From assembly GCA_965203515.1 (NCBI GenBank), contig OZ241907.1:3488001-3552000 (forward strand): a DNA stretch of 64,000 bases, in the 5' to 3' direction. The translations under genes were made by a program, and so were the position numbers. The DNA comes from Spirochaetia bacterium (GTDB taxonomy: Bacteria > Spirochaetota > Spirochaetia > SZUA-6 > Bin103). The notes under the pieces are model-generated. The model ran no database searches. It saw only the letters and a list, made by a program, of their open reading frames with translations, and had not been told where the DNA came from. Below, piece by piece: positions 47,918 through 56,995 of this stretch (position 1 is the first letter of the stretch; every line of letters begins with the position of its first letter).

Positions 47918-50104
47918 GTGAAACGGACCGCGATCGACGGCTCCTTCCGGTGGGAGCGGTGGGCGTCGGACGCCGCCGACGTCGAGCGGCTCGACCGGCG
48001 GCAGGCGGCGCGGCTGCTGTTCGACACGCTGGCGATCAACCGCTTCGAGCACGCGCTCCTGGAGCTCAAGAACGCCGGCGCCGTCTGGGGCCCCGTGCAC
48101 ACCTCCGTGGGTCAGGAGGCGACCGCCTCGGCCGCCGTGGCCGCCCTGCGGCCGTCCGACAAGGTGGCCGCCACCTACCGCGCCCATCACCAGTTCCTGG
48201 CCAAGGTGCTGCAGGCGCAGGCGCCGGCCGACTGGGACCCCGCGTCCGGGGAGCTGCCGCCGGCCGTGCAGGAGGTCTTCTATCGCTCCATGGCGGAGAT
48301 CATGGGACTCGCTCCGGGCTATTGCGGCGGGCGGGGCGGGTCGATGCACCTGCGCCACGACGAGTCGGGCTTCCTGGGGTCGAACGCGATCGTGGGCGGC
48401 GGCGTGCCGCTGGCGGCCGGCGCCGCCTACGCCGAGAAGTTCGCCGGCACCGGCAACGTGGTGATCTGCTACGTCGGCGACGGCGCGGTCAACCAGGGCG
48501 CCTTTCACGAGGCGTGCAACCTTGCCGGCCTGTGGTCGCTGCCGCTGATCGTCTTCGTGGAGAACAACCGCTACGCGGTCGCCACCCGGGTGCAGGACGC
48601 CTGCGCGGTGGAGCATCTGTCGCAACGCGCCGCCGCCTATGCCATGGACGGGTACCTGGTCGACGGCGATGACGCGATCGCCATCTACGGACTGGTGCGG
48701 GAGGTGGCCGAGCGCCTCCGCTCCGGCGGCACGCCGGCGATCATCGAGTGCGAGTGCTACCGCCGCTACCACCACGCCGGCGACGTGCCGGGCAGCGCCT
48801 TCCGCTACCGCACCAGGGAGGAAGAAGAGCGGTACGCCGGCACGGAGGTGACGCGCGTGCTGCCGCGCATCCTGGCGGCGGCCGGACTGCTCGACCGGAC
48901 CGCAGCCGATGCCATCGACGCGCTGGCGGCGCGGGCGGTGCAGGCGGCGCGGGCGGCGTGCACGGAAGCCGGCGACCCGCCCCGCGTGCGGGAGAGTCTG
49001 TGGCCGGATCCGGCCACCGCCGGCGACGGCCTGCGCAGCGGCGGCGCGGAGCTGGCCGGCCTCCGCTACGCCGACCGGCTCCGGTCCGACCGGGACGGGC
49101 GGGAGCTTGCGCCGATGCGCTACTCGGACGCGATCGCGGCGGTGACCGGCCGCTGGCTGGAGCGGGAGCCGAACGCGATCGTCTTTGGCGAGGAGGTGGC
49201 CAACCTGGGCGGCGGCGCCTACGGCGCGACCAAGGGACTGGTCGAGCGGTTCCCGGGCCGGGTCATCAACACGCCGATCTCCGAGGGCGGCTTCTCCGGG
49301 CTCGGCTTCGGCGCCGCCATGCTGGGAATGCGCGTGGTGGTGGAGATCATGTTCGCGGACTTCGCGCTGGTCGCCGCCGATCAGCTCTTCAATCAGCTCA
49401 GCAAGGCGCGCCACATGTACGGCGACACCACCGACCTGCCGATCGTGGTGCGCAGCCGCATCGGCACCGGGCTCGGCTACGGCGCCCAGCACTCCATGGA
49501 CCCGGTCGGCCTGTACGGGATGTTTCCCGGCTTCCGCATCATCGCGCCGGCCGACGCGTTCGACTACATCGGCCTGTTCAACACCGCCATGCACTCGCTC
49601 GACCCGGTGGTGATCCTGGAGCACAACGCCCTCTACACGCAGCGGTCGCCGGCGCCGGCCGGAGACCTCGACTACGCCCTCCCGTTCGGGGCGGCGCGCA
49701 CCGTGCAGGCCGGCGATCAGGTCACCGTGCTCACCTACGGCGGCATGGTCGGGCGCTGCGCGGCGGTCGCCGCGGCGCTGGCCGCCGACGGCGTGTCGGT
49801 CGAGCTGCTCGACCTGCGCTGCCTGGACCGGCTGTCGATCGACTACGACGCGGTCGGCGCGTCGCTCGCCAAGACCGGCGCCATGGTCATCGTCGAGGAG
49901 GCCGCCCGCAGCCAGGGGATCGGCCAGGCGCTGGCGGCCGAGATCACCGCCCGCTGCTTCGATGACCTGGACGGTCCGGTGGCGTGCATCACCTCGCTCG
50001 ACATCTCCACGCCGGTGTCGCGCCGGCTGGAGCTGGCGGCGCTGGTGAGCGACGAGCGGATCGACGCCACCGTGCGGGCGGTCGCCGAACGGCGGTGGCG
50101 CTGA
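47918..50104 (+). CDS. Fused E1 alpha/beta TPP-dependent 2-oxoacid/acetoin dehydrogenase-like protein
   Basis: GQEA, GRGGSMH, GDGA..NN (TPP motif), then GEEV, NTPISE, EIMFADF, GAQHS. Confidence 0.9.
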   Translation: MKRTAIDGSFRWERWASDAADVERLDRRQAARLLFDTLAINRFEHALLELKNAGAVWGPVHTSVGQEATASAAVAALRPSDKVAATYRAHHQFLAKVLQAQAPADWDPASGELPPAVQEVFYRSMAEIMGLAPGYCGGRGGSMHLRHDESGFLGSNAIVGGGVPLAAGAAYAEKFAGTGNVVICYVGDGAVNQGAFHEACNLAGLWSLPLIVFVENNRYAVATRVQDACAVEHLSQRAAAYAMDGYLVDGDDAIAIYGLVREVAERLRSGGTPAIIECECYRRYHHAGDVPGSAFRYRTREEEERYAGTEVTRVLPRILAAAGLLDRTAADAIDALAARAVQAARAACTEAGDPPRVRESLWPDPATAGDGLRSGGAELAGLRYADRLRSDRDGRELAPMRYSDAIAAVTGRWLEREPNAIVFGEEVANLGGGAYGATKGLVERFPGRVINTPISEGGFSGLGFGAAMLGMRVVVEIMFADFALVAADQLFNQLSKARHMYGDTTDLPIVVRSRIGTGLGYGAQHSMDPVGLYGMFPGFRIIAPADAFDYIGLFNTAMHSLDPVVILEHNALYTQRSPAPAGDLDYALPFGAARTVQAGDQVTVLTYGGMVGRCAAVAAALAADGVSVELLDLRCLDRLSIDYDAVGASLAKTGAMVIVEEAARSQGIGQALAAEITARCFDDLDGPVACITSLDISTPVSRRLELAALVSDERIDATVRAVAERRWR

Positions 50105-51375
50105 TGTCGATCGCGTCGCTCCTCGCCGACGTACCGGTGCCGGACGTCGTGACGGTTCGGCAGTCGCTGCCGCGCCCGCGTCTTGCGCCCGGACGGCTGG
50201 AGGAGGCGCTCGGTCCCGGCGCCGCGGCCCGCGTGGTCCGCCCCGGCGAGTCGATCGCCGTGGCGGTCGGCAGCCGGGGCGTGGCCGATCAGGCGGCGGT
50301 GGTGGCGCGGCTGGTGGCGTCGTTGCGCGCGGCCGGCGCCGAGCCGTTCATCGTCCCGGCGATGGGGAGTCACGGCGGCGCCACGGCCGAGGGGCAGGCC
50401 GCGCTGCTGGCCGGCATGGGCGTCAGCGAGCGCACCGCGGGCGCGCCGGTGCGGTCCGGCATGGAGGTGGAGCGGATCGGCGCGGCCAGCGGCCTGCCGG
50501 TGCTGGTCGACCGGTTGGCGTGGCGGGCCGACGGCATCGTCATCGTCAACCGCGTCAAGCCGCATCCGTCGTTTCGCGGCGATCGGGAGAGCGGTCTGGC
50601 CAAGATGATCGCCATCGGCCTGGGCAAGCAGGCGGGCGCGCAGGCATGCCACGCGCGCGGCATGCCGGCGATGGCCGCCACCGTGCTGGCGATCGCCGAC
50701 CACGTGCTGGCGACCGGCCGCATCCGCGCCGGCGTGGCCCTGCTGGAGAACGCCTGTCACGAAACCTGTCACGTGGAGCTGATTCCCGGACCGGACATCC
50801 TGGCGCGCGAACCGGCGCTGCTGGAGCGGGCGCGCGGCCTGCAGCCGACTCTGCCGTTCACGGAGCTCGACGTGCTGGTGCTCGACCGCATCGGCAAGGA
50901 CATCTCCGGGACCGGCTTCGACTGCAACGTGGTCGGCCGCTACAGCAACCCGGCGCTGCGCGGCGGTCCGGCGATCGCCCGCATCGCCGCGCTGCGCCTG
51001 ACCCCGGAGACGCACGGCAACGCCAACGGCATCGGCCTGGTCGACGTCACCACGCGCCGCGTGTTCCATCGCATGACCTTCGAGGAGACCTACCCCAACG
51101 CGCTCACTTCGACCGCATCGGTGAGCGTCAGGATCCCCATGGTGATGGCCAGCGACGCGCTGGCCATCCGCGCGGCGATCCGCACCGCCGGCATCACGGA
51201 TCCGGCGGCGCTGCGCCTGGCGCGCATCCGCGACACGCTGTCGCTCGGCGAGCTGCAGGCCAGCCCCGCCGCGGTCGCGGCCCTGGACCGCTCCGCGCAG
51301 GCCGAGGTCGTCGGACCGCCCGCGCCGCTTCCCTTCGACGGCGCCGGCGATCTGCTGGGGCTGAACGGAGCGTAG
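50104..51375 (+). CDS. LarA (lactate racemase) N-terminal-domain family protein
   Basis: AVGSRG, PAMGSHGGAT.EGQ, NRVKPH, SGLAKM..IGLGK, GKDISGTG.D. Confidence 0.8.
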   Translation: MSIASLLADVPVPDVVTVRQSLPRPRLAPGRLEEALGPGAAARVVRPGESIAVAVGSRGVADQAAVVARLVASLRAAGAEPFIVPAMGSHGGATAEGQAALLAGMGVSERTAGAPVRSGMEVERIGAASGLPVLVDRLAWRADGIVIVNRVKPHPSFRGDRESGLAKMIAIGLGKQAGAQACHARGMPAMAATVLAIADHVLATGRIRAGVALLENACHETCHVELIPGPDILAREPALLERARGLQPTLPFTELDVLVLDRIGKDISGTGFDCNVVGRYSNPALRGGPAIARIAALRLTPETHGNANGIGLVDVTTRRVFHRMTFEETYPNALTSTASVSVRIPMVMASDALAIRAAIRTAGITDPAALRLARIRDTLSLGELQASPAAVAALDRSAQAEVVGPPAPLPFDGAGDLLGLNGA

Positions 51376-51390
51376 CGCGCCCGGCGCCGC

Positions 51391-52125
51391 CTACCGGATG
51401 ACGATCTCCAGGTCGACCGGTTTGTGCAGGAGCAGCAGGTCGAGCAGCGGCACCTCGAATACCGCCAAGCCGTCCTCCATGCGGCCGCCGCGCTGCGAGA
51501 CCAGCTCGCCGTCGACGGTGACGCGGATGGTGATCAGCGACTCGGCGATCGCCTCCGGACCGGCCGGCCCCAGGATGAAGCCCATCATCGACAAGTAGTC
51601 TTCCTGCGTGATCTCCGCGTTCTCCTCCGGTCCCATGGCGCGGATGGTCGGGTCGTCGAGCAGCGGGAACACTTCGGAGAGCAGCCGGTAGTTGTCGACG
51701 TCGAGGTAGAGGCGCACGCGGGTGCCGTCTTCGACCTCCTCGAAGGTGACGATGCCGGCCTGGGCGATCGCATCGCCGCCCGGCAGGATCGCCTCCGCGT
51801 CCTCGAAGGCGAACTCTATCTCCACGCGGTGCTCGGACGGCGATTCGACCCGGAAGACCGTCACGCCGGGCCGAACGGTGAGACGGTTATGGATCGGCTC
51901 CAGGTTGATGATGCCGTCTTCCGGCATCTCGGCGCCGGTGATCTCCGCCATCTCCTGCACGCGGGAGACCAGATCGGCGGAGAAGTCGATGGCGATCGTG
52001 GTCTCGCCCGAGCGGTCGTCGCGCAGGTAGAGCTGCTGCGTTACGGCGCACGCGCCGAGCGCCCAGAGCGCCGTCAGAACGATTGCGAGCCGGCCTGCCA
52101 GGCGGCGGTAGTGATCGGCTGCCAT
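51391..52125 (-). CDS. Hypothetical lipoprotein
   Basis: Signal ending ALGA-C; continuous acidic globular ORF directly after the M20 gene. Confidence 0.65.
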   Translation of the reverse strand: MAADHYRRLAGRLAIVLTALWALGACAVTQQLYLRDDRSGETTIAIDFSADLVSRVQEMAEITGAEMPEDGIINLEPIHNRLTVRPGVTVFRVESPSEHRVEIEFAFEDAEAILPGGDAIAQAGIVTFEEVEDGTRVRLYLDVDNYRLLSEVFPLLDDPTIRAMGPEENAEITQEDYLSMMGFILGPAGPEAIAESLITIRVTVDGELVSQRGGRMEDGLAVFEVPLLDLLLLHKPVDLEIVIR

Positions 52126-52127
52126 GG

Positions 52128-53504
52128 CTACGCCGCCATCCCGGCCAGGCGATCGAGCAGGCGGCACCAGGCCGTCCGCCCCCGCTCGTAGCTGGCCAAC
52201 CGGAAGAACTCGTTGGGACCGTGCGCCCCCTCGTCTTCCAGGGCGAACGCGAAGATCACCGTCTTGGCGTCCAGGTACCGTTCGAACATCCCCAGGATCG
52301 GGATGCTGCCGCCGGAGGCGATCGCGTACGGCTCGACGCCGTACAACTCGGTCAGCACCGCGCGTGCGGCGCGGTTGCCGGGATGCCCGGTGGAGATCGT
52401 GTACGGCCGGCCGGCCGACCCGAGCGACCGGACTTTGACGCGTACGGCCGGGTCGGCGTGCCGGCGGACGTGGCCGGCGACCGCTTCCCGGACCCGCGCC
52501 GGGTCCTGATCTCCCACCAGGCGGCAGGTGATCTTGGCGTGCGCGCGGCTCGGCAGCACGGTCTTGACCCCCTCGCCCTGGAACCCTCCCCAGATGCCGT
52601 TGATCTCCAGCGTCGGGCGCCGCCACTGCCGCGCCCGCGTGCCGTAGCCCGGCTCGCCGAACAACCCCGGCGCACCGAGCTTGTCCAGGAAGACCTGCTC
52701 GTCGAACGGGATGCGCTGCAGCTCGGCGCGGTCGGCCGCCGACAGCTCCGGCACGCCTTCGAAGAAGCCGTCGACCAGCACCGCGCCGTCGGCGCTGCGC
52801 ATCGAGTCCAGGATGCGCACCAGCGCGTGGATGGGGTTGTGGATGGCGCCGCCGTAGGTGCCGGAATGGACGTCGCGGGCCGGCCCGGTCACGTCGATCT
52901 GCAGCGCGCACAGGCCGCGCAAGCTCAGCCACAGCCCCGGCTCGGTCTCGCTCCACTGCGAACCGTCGGCGCTGACGGCCAGATCGCAGCGGAGCCGCTC
53001 GGCATGCCGGGAGACGAACCCCTCCATGGTGGGGCTGCCGATCTCTTCCTGACCCTCCAGCAGGAACTTCACGTTCACCGGCAGCGATCCGCCGTCGGCC
53101 AGCAGCGCCTCGACCGCCTGCACCGGAATCAGCAGGTTGCCCTTGTCGTCGGAGGAGCCGCGCCCGTAGACGCGGTCGCCGGCGAGCACGGGATCGAACG
53201 GGTCGGCGTCCCAGCCGTCGTCGCGCGCGGCCGGCTGCACGTCGAAGTGGGCGTAGATCAGCACGGTCGGCGCGCCCGGCGCGTGCAGGTAGTCGGCGTA
53301 GACGGCCGGCTGCGCGCCGGTCTCCAGGACTTCGGCGTGCTCCAGGCCGGCCTCCGCCAGCCGGTCGCGGACCCATGCCGCGGCGGCCCGCACGTCGTCC
53401 TGGTGGTCGGGGAGCGAGGAGACGCTGGGAATGCGCACGAAGTCGCGCAGCTCCGAGACGTAGCGATCCCGCCGCTCGCTGAGCAAGGTCAAGTGATCAG
53501 CCAT
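52128..53504 (-). CDS. M20 family dipeptidase
   Basis: YAHFDVQP, GRGSSDDKG, EGQEEIGS, DVHSG, HGPNE. Confidence 0.92.
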   Translation of the reverse strand: MADHLTLLSERRDRYVSELRDFVRIPSVSSLPDHQDDVRAAAAWVRDRLAEAGLEHAEVLETGAQPAVYADYLHAPGAPTVLIYAHFDVQPAARDDGWDADPFDPVLAGDRVYGRGSSDDKGNLLIPVQAVEALLADGGSLPVNVKFLLEGQEEIGSPTMEGFVSRHAERLRCDLAVSADGSQWSETEPGLWLSLRGLCALQIDVTGPARDVHSGTYGGAIHNPIHALVRILDSMRSADGAVLVDGFFEGVPELSAADRAELQRIPFDEQVFLDKLGAPGLFGEPGYGTRARQWRRPTLEINGIWGGFQGEGVKTVLPSRAHAKITCRLVGDQDPARVREAVAGHVRRHADPAVRVKVRSLGSAGRPYTISTGHPGNRAARAVLTELYGVEPYAIASGGSIPILGMFERYLDAKTVIFAFALEDEGAHGPNEFFRLASYERGRTAWCRLLDRLAGMAA

Positions 53505-53626
53505 CGCGGCGCAGTGTAACGCCTCGCCGCCTGGCATGCTACCGCTTCCTCGGCCCTCCTTCAGCCATGGGTGCTGTTTCGGCCCAGCCGTGCAGCCGCA
53601 TCCGTAGCCAAGCCGGAGAAGCGCGA

Positions 53627-54830
53627 CTAGGCCCAGAGCCAATCGAGATCGGCAAAGGCCAGCGCCTTGTCGAAGTTGTCGATGTTGTCGCGCACGTTGA
53701 CGATGAGGCAGCGGTCGTTGCCGCCGTTCTTCGGTCCGCGCAGGCCCCTTCCGATCATCTGAAAATAGAGGTTGGGGCTGTAAACCGGACGCGCCACGAT
53801 GATGGCTCGCGTCTTGGGAGCGTCGAATCCTTCGCGGAAGACACCGTAGTTCACCAGGACGTCGATTTGTCCCGCGCGGAATCGTTCGACGATGTCTCGA
53901 CGGACGGAGGTCTCGGTTCCTCCGCTCACGGCCCTGGCGCTGAAGCCTTCCGAGTTCAGGAGTGCCGCCACGGTCTGGGCGTGCTCCACGGACGTGGCGA
54001 AGATGAGCGTGGGCCACTCCTCGTTGACGAATTTTCGGTAGGCATCGACGATACGTCTGGTACGGTCCGCGTCTCGCGCGATGCGCTTTTCCATGCTGCG
54101 CGGCAGCCATGCGGGATAGGGCATCGCCCGCATCTCCTGCAACTCATCTTCGCTCAACGAGAATCTGCCGCCTTCGATGGTCTCGTGGTCGGCGTGCGCC
54201 AGTACCTGCATTCCCTGCAACTCGCCGATGACCTCCGTCGGTTCGTCGCTGGCAAACGCCCCGGCGTCCAGGCGAATCGCGCCGTACCGGCGTACCAGTC
54301 TCTGCGTCTCCTCCTCGTCGTGACCCCGGTACCATCGTCGAGTACCTCCTTGATGATCTTGTACGCCTGCTCGTGACTCATCGCACGCGATGCATCCAGA
54401 AATCGTCCCACTCATCTGCACTTTTCATCTTCATTGTCACGAAACGCAGCGCCCGAGGATTCCAGGTTAGGGCGCGTCGGCTCCCGCACAACCGGTCGAT
54501 CTTTGCCATGCGGCCGGTGGTAAGTGCCTTGTGGTGGAGCCAAGCTCGTGGACGTCCCTCGAAGTTCGTCAACTCGAAGAGCTGCCGATGGGCGTAGCCG
54601 CCGTGGGCTATGCCGTGCTCGAGGTTGGCGTTCTCGGTCACGTGATTCGGTTGCGCTTGATAGGCCCGGAGGGTCGGAGGGTCTTTCCGGTTTCGTCCGT
54701 GATGAAGCGGACGATGGGGCTCGCCGTCGGCCCAGGGAGGCTGGCGGGTGGGACTCGGCAGTTTCAGCTTGGCCCCCTCACGATAGAACTTGCCGCGCTC
54801 GCCCTTGGAAAAGTCGTACTCTCGTTTCAT
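53627..54830 (-). pseudogene. Decayed BrnA-like/GHKL(sacsin-like)/SF2 helicase fusion gene
   Basis: Starts MKREYDFSKGERGKF (BrnA-like), then TLRAY..EN..GGYAHRQLFEL (start of a GHKL N-box, cut off), then after breaks helicase-C motifs LIFATSVEHA, EGFDAP, QMIGRGLRG; Walker A and DExH missing. Confidence 0.7.
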
Positions 54831-55112
54831 CTGCCTGACTCGAACTGCCGCCGCTCGCGACCCGTGGCCGGCCGCGCCGAAATGATACGAATCGTGGTCC
54901 GGTCCCCGATCTACGACCGTATGTACCACGACCAGCAACCGGCCCCGATGGGACTCGCCCATCGTAATCCAGCGCTCGGTCTCACTGTGGTATTCGTCGC
55001 GCACTGACAAGGCGAACGGATATTGGAATACGGTGGCTGCCACGTCGAAGTCAATACCGTGCTTGAGCAAGTTGCTTGCCGCCTTGCCGGGGTGCCACTC
55101 GAAGTCGTACAC
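54827..55112 (-). pseudogene. brnT: BrnT family toxin, frameshifted
   Basis: FEWHPGKAASNLLKHGIDF..HSETERWITMG..LLVVVHT; the canonical IRIISARPAT..ERRQFE end is in another frame (shift near 54895-54915), with its TGA overlapping the ATG at 54830. Confidence 0.82.
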
Positions 55113-55188
55113 ACACGGGCTCTCCTCCGATTCCTACGGGAAGCTTTCGTAGTGGTACCTCCACGGTCTGAGCTTTACGTCGACGAAC

Positions 55189-55217
55189 TTGACTCAAGTA
55201 TCTTCCATTATTATACT
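55189..55217 (+). promoter_or_regulatory. Near-consensus sigma70 promoter of the HNH gene (likely leaderless)
   Basis: TTGACT-N17-TATACT, then 6 nt, then ATG 55224 with no Shine-Dalgarno. Confidence 0.75.
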
Positions 55218-55223
55218 TATACC

Positions 55224-56687
55224 ATGAACGGCACTCGTTCCGACACGGCCGACGCAGCCATCACGACCACTGTTTCCGCCCTCTCCGACGACCGCCTGTT
55301 GGAGCGGACCAAGGAACTGTCCGGCATCGAACACCAGATCGAAGTCGTCGTCATCGACCACCTGCGCGAGATCGATAAGCGCCGCCTGTATCTGCGCCGC
55401 GGGTTCTCCAGCCTCTTCGATTACGCGGTCCGCGAGCTCGGCTACAGCGACGCCGCCGCTTGGCGGCGCCTCAAGGCGATGCGCCTCTGCGCAGACTTCG
55501 ACGGCGTGCGCGAGCGCCTGCAGGACGGCTCGATGACGCTCAACGCGGCCGCGCAGTTGCAGAACGCCTTCGACCGGCAGGAGCGCAACAGGGATCGCGC
55601 GGCGCGCAGCGCGGGCGGGGACGGGTTCGGGGACGCCGCGCGGTCGCAGGACGGCTCGGCGCTGGCGCTCGCTCCGGGACCGGCTCAGCCGGCGGAGCGG
55701 AAGCCGGCGCCGGTGCTGGACCCGTCGGCGAAGCGGGCGCTGGTGGAGCAGGCGGCCGGCAAGAGCAGCCGGCAGGTGATGAAGCTGCTGGCCGAGGTCG
55801 ACCCGGAGCTGGCGGCGCCGGCGGATCGGGTGCGCCCGTTGGGCGCCGGGCGCTGGGAGATCAAGGCGGTCATCGACGATGAGTGCCGGCGTGGGTTGGA
55901 GCGGCTCAAGGGCCTCCTGTCCCATGTCGATCCGCACATGACGTTAGGTCAGATCGTGGGACGGCTGGTGCAGGAAGGGCTCGACCGCCACGACCCGGCC
56001 CGGCCGCCGCGCGGGCGGCGCACCGGCGCCCACGCCGCAGGCGCCCGGGCCGCAGGCGCCCGGGCCGCAGGCGCCCGGGCCGCAGGCGCCGAGCAGACTT
56101 CGGCGGCGAAGACGCAGGCGGCCTCGGCTCGCGGCGCCGCTTCGGCAGCGCAGCACGAGGCCAGCTCGGACAGCGCCGCTCCTTCGGCGGCGAAGGTATC
56201 GGCCCAGACGGCGGGGCAGCCGGCGGCGGAGCCGGGAGACGGAGCCGCTACGCCGCTGCAGGCGGACCGCGGCCCGGAACGCCCGGAAGCTTTGGCAGCG
56301 AAGCCGGCGGACGGCACCACTTCGGCGGCGAAGACGCGGTGCCTCGGCCGGCAGGCTGCGGCGTGCGCGAAGCCGGCTCCGCCGCCGCGGGCCCAAACTT
56401 CGGCAGCGAAGGCGGACGGAGGGACCAGCCGCGCCATCCCGGCGGCGGTCAAGCGCGCGGTCTGGCGGCGCGACCGGGGACGCTGCAGCTACGTGGACCG
56501 CACCAGCGGGCGCCGCTGCGGCTCGCAACACCTGCTGCAGATCGATCACGTCGTGCCGTATGCCCGCGGCGGCCGCGCCGAGCCGAACAATCTCCGACTG
56601 CTGTGCGCCGCTCATCACCGCCACCGCCACGCAGGCGCCGGATTCGGCCGCCCCGGCGAGGATCGTCAGGAGCCGGTTCCGTTCTGA
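55224..56687 (+). CDS. HNH endonuclease with DUF222-like N-terminal region and low-complexity linker
   Basis: LSDDRLL..HLREID.RRLY..GFSSLFDY..LGYS; C-terminal RAIPAAVKRAVWRRD.GRC..C..QIDHVVP.A.GG..NLRLLCAAHH. Confidence 0.88.
   Translation: MNGTRSDTADAAITTTVSALSDDRLLERTKELSGIEHQIEVVVIDHLREIDKRRLYLRRGFSSLFDYAVRELGYSDAAAWRRLKAMRLCADFDGVRERLQDGSMTLNAAAQLQNAFDRQERNRDRAARSAGGDGFGDAARSQDGSALALAPGPAQPAERKPAPVLDPSAKRALVEQAAGKSSRQVMKLLAEVDPELAAPADRVRPLGAGRWEIKAVIDDECRRGLERLKGLLSHVDPHMTLGQIVGRLVQEGLDRHDPARPPRGRRTGAHAAGARAAGARAAGARAAGAEQTSAAKTQAASARGAASAAQHEASSDSAAPSAAKVSAQTAGQPAAEPGDGAATPLQADRGPERPEALAAKPADGTTSAAKTRCLGRQAAACAKPAPPPRAQTSAAKADGGTSRAIPAAVKRAVWRRDRGRCSYVDRTSGRRCGSQHLLQIDHVVPYARGGRAEPNNLRLLCAAHHRHRHAGAGFGRPGEDRQEPVPF
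56034..56090 (+). repeat. 15-bp coding tandem repeat (AAGAR, 3.8 copies)
   Basis: GCCGCAGGCGCCCGG units at 56034, 56049, 56064 and partial at 56079. Confidence 0.92.
56097..56411 (+). repeat. Dispersed in-frame quasi-palindromic repeats (CTTCGGCGGCGAAG; xSAAK)
   Basis: Copies at about 56097, 56139, 56181, 56289, 56319 and 56397. Confidence 0.75.
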
Positions 56688-56766
56688 GGTGGTTCTATAT
56701 TCCGGTCACCCGTTGCCTCCGAGGCCGACGAAGCCGAGGCGGCAGCATGACGGTCGGCATGATCGG

Positions 56767-56877
56767 CTTGACGGGCCAAACGCCATTACGAGGATTGTTC
56801 CTCTGACGGGGTTGCGCGCCTCAGGGATTACCCGTCACCAAAGCGGGACAAATCCACGTATCGAAGCAGCCGTCAAG
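56767..56877. other. Long imperfect inverted repeat (structured RNA or MITE-like candidate)
   Basis: Nested pairings CTTGACGG/CCGTCAAG, TACG-A-GGATT/AATCC-A-CGTA, GTTCC/GGGAC, TGACGGG/CCCGTCA. Confidence 0.55.
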
Positions 56878-56995
56878 TGCCTGCGGCTCGCTTTCTTGCG
56901 TGTTGCATGTTTGCATCACCAGTTCCCGATAGGGTTCCGGTGATACCGCGCTTGACGCGCGCGGTGCCGCAACCCACAGTGGCGCGGAGGCTGCA

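Noticed and set aside
54378..55112. 244-aa ORF as a genuine BrnT-BrnA fusion protein
   Set aside because: The conserved BrnT C-terminus (IRIISAR) lies in another frame with its own stop, so the fusion is produced by a frameshift.
56097..56411. Possible CRISPR array (short palindromic repeats with spacers)
   Set aside because: Repeats are only about 14 nt and degenerate, spacing is irregular and always in frame within a CDS, and no cas genes are present.
35725..56564. A 21-kb composite transposon or invertible segment bounded by the 126-bp inverted copies
   Set aside because: One copy is internal to an intact CDS, no recombinase or transposase is present, and the enclosed genes are mostly ordinary metabolism. 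Homologous inversion remains possible but is unsupported.
56767..56877. SRP RNA or 6S RNA
   Set aside because: It contains GAAGCAGC but lacks the SRP TCAGG..GNAA core, and 6S identity cannot be supported by eye. Kept only as an unnamed hairpin.
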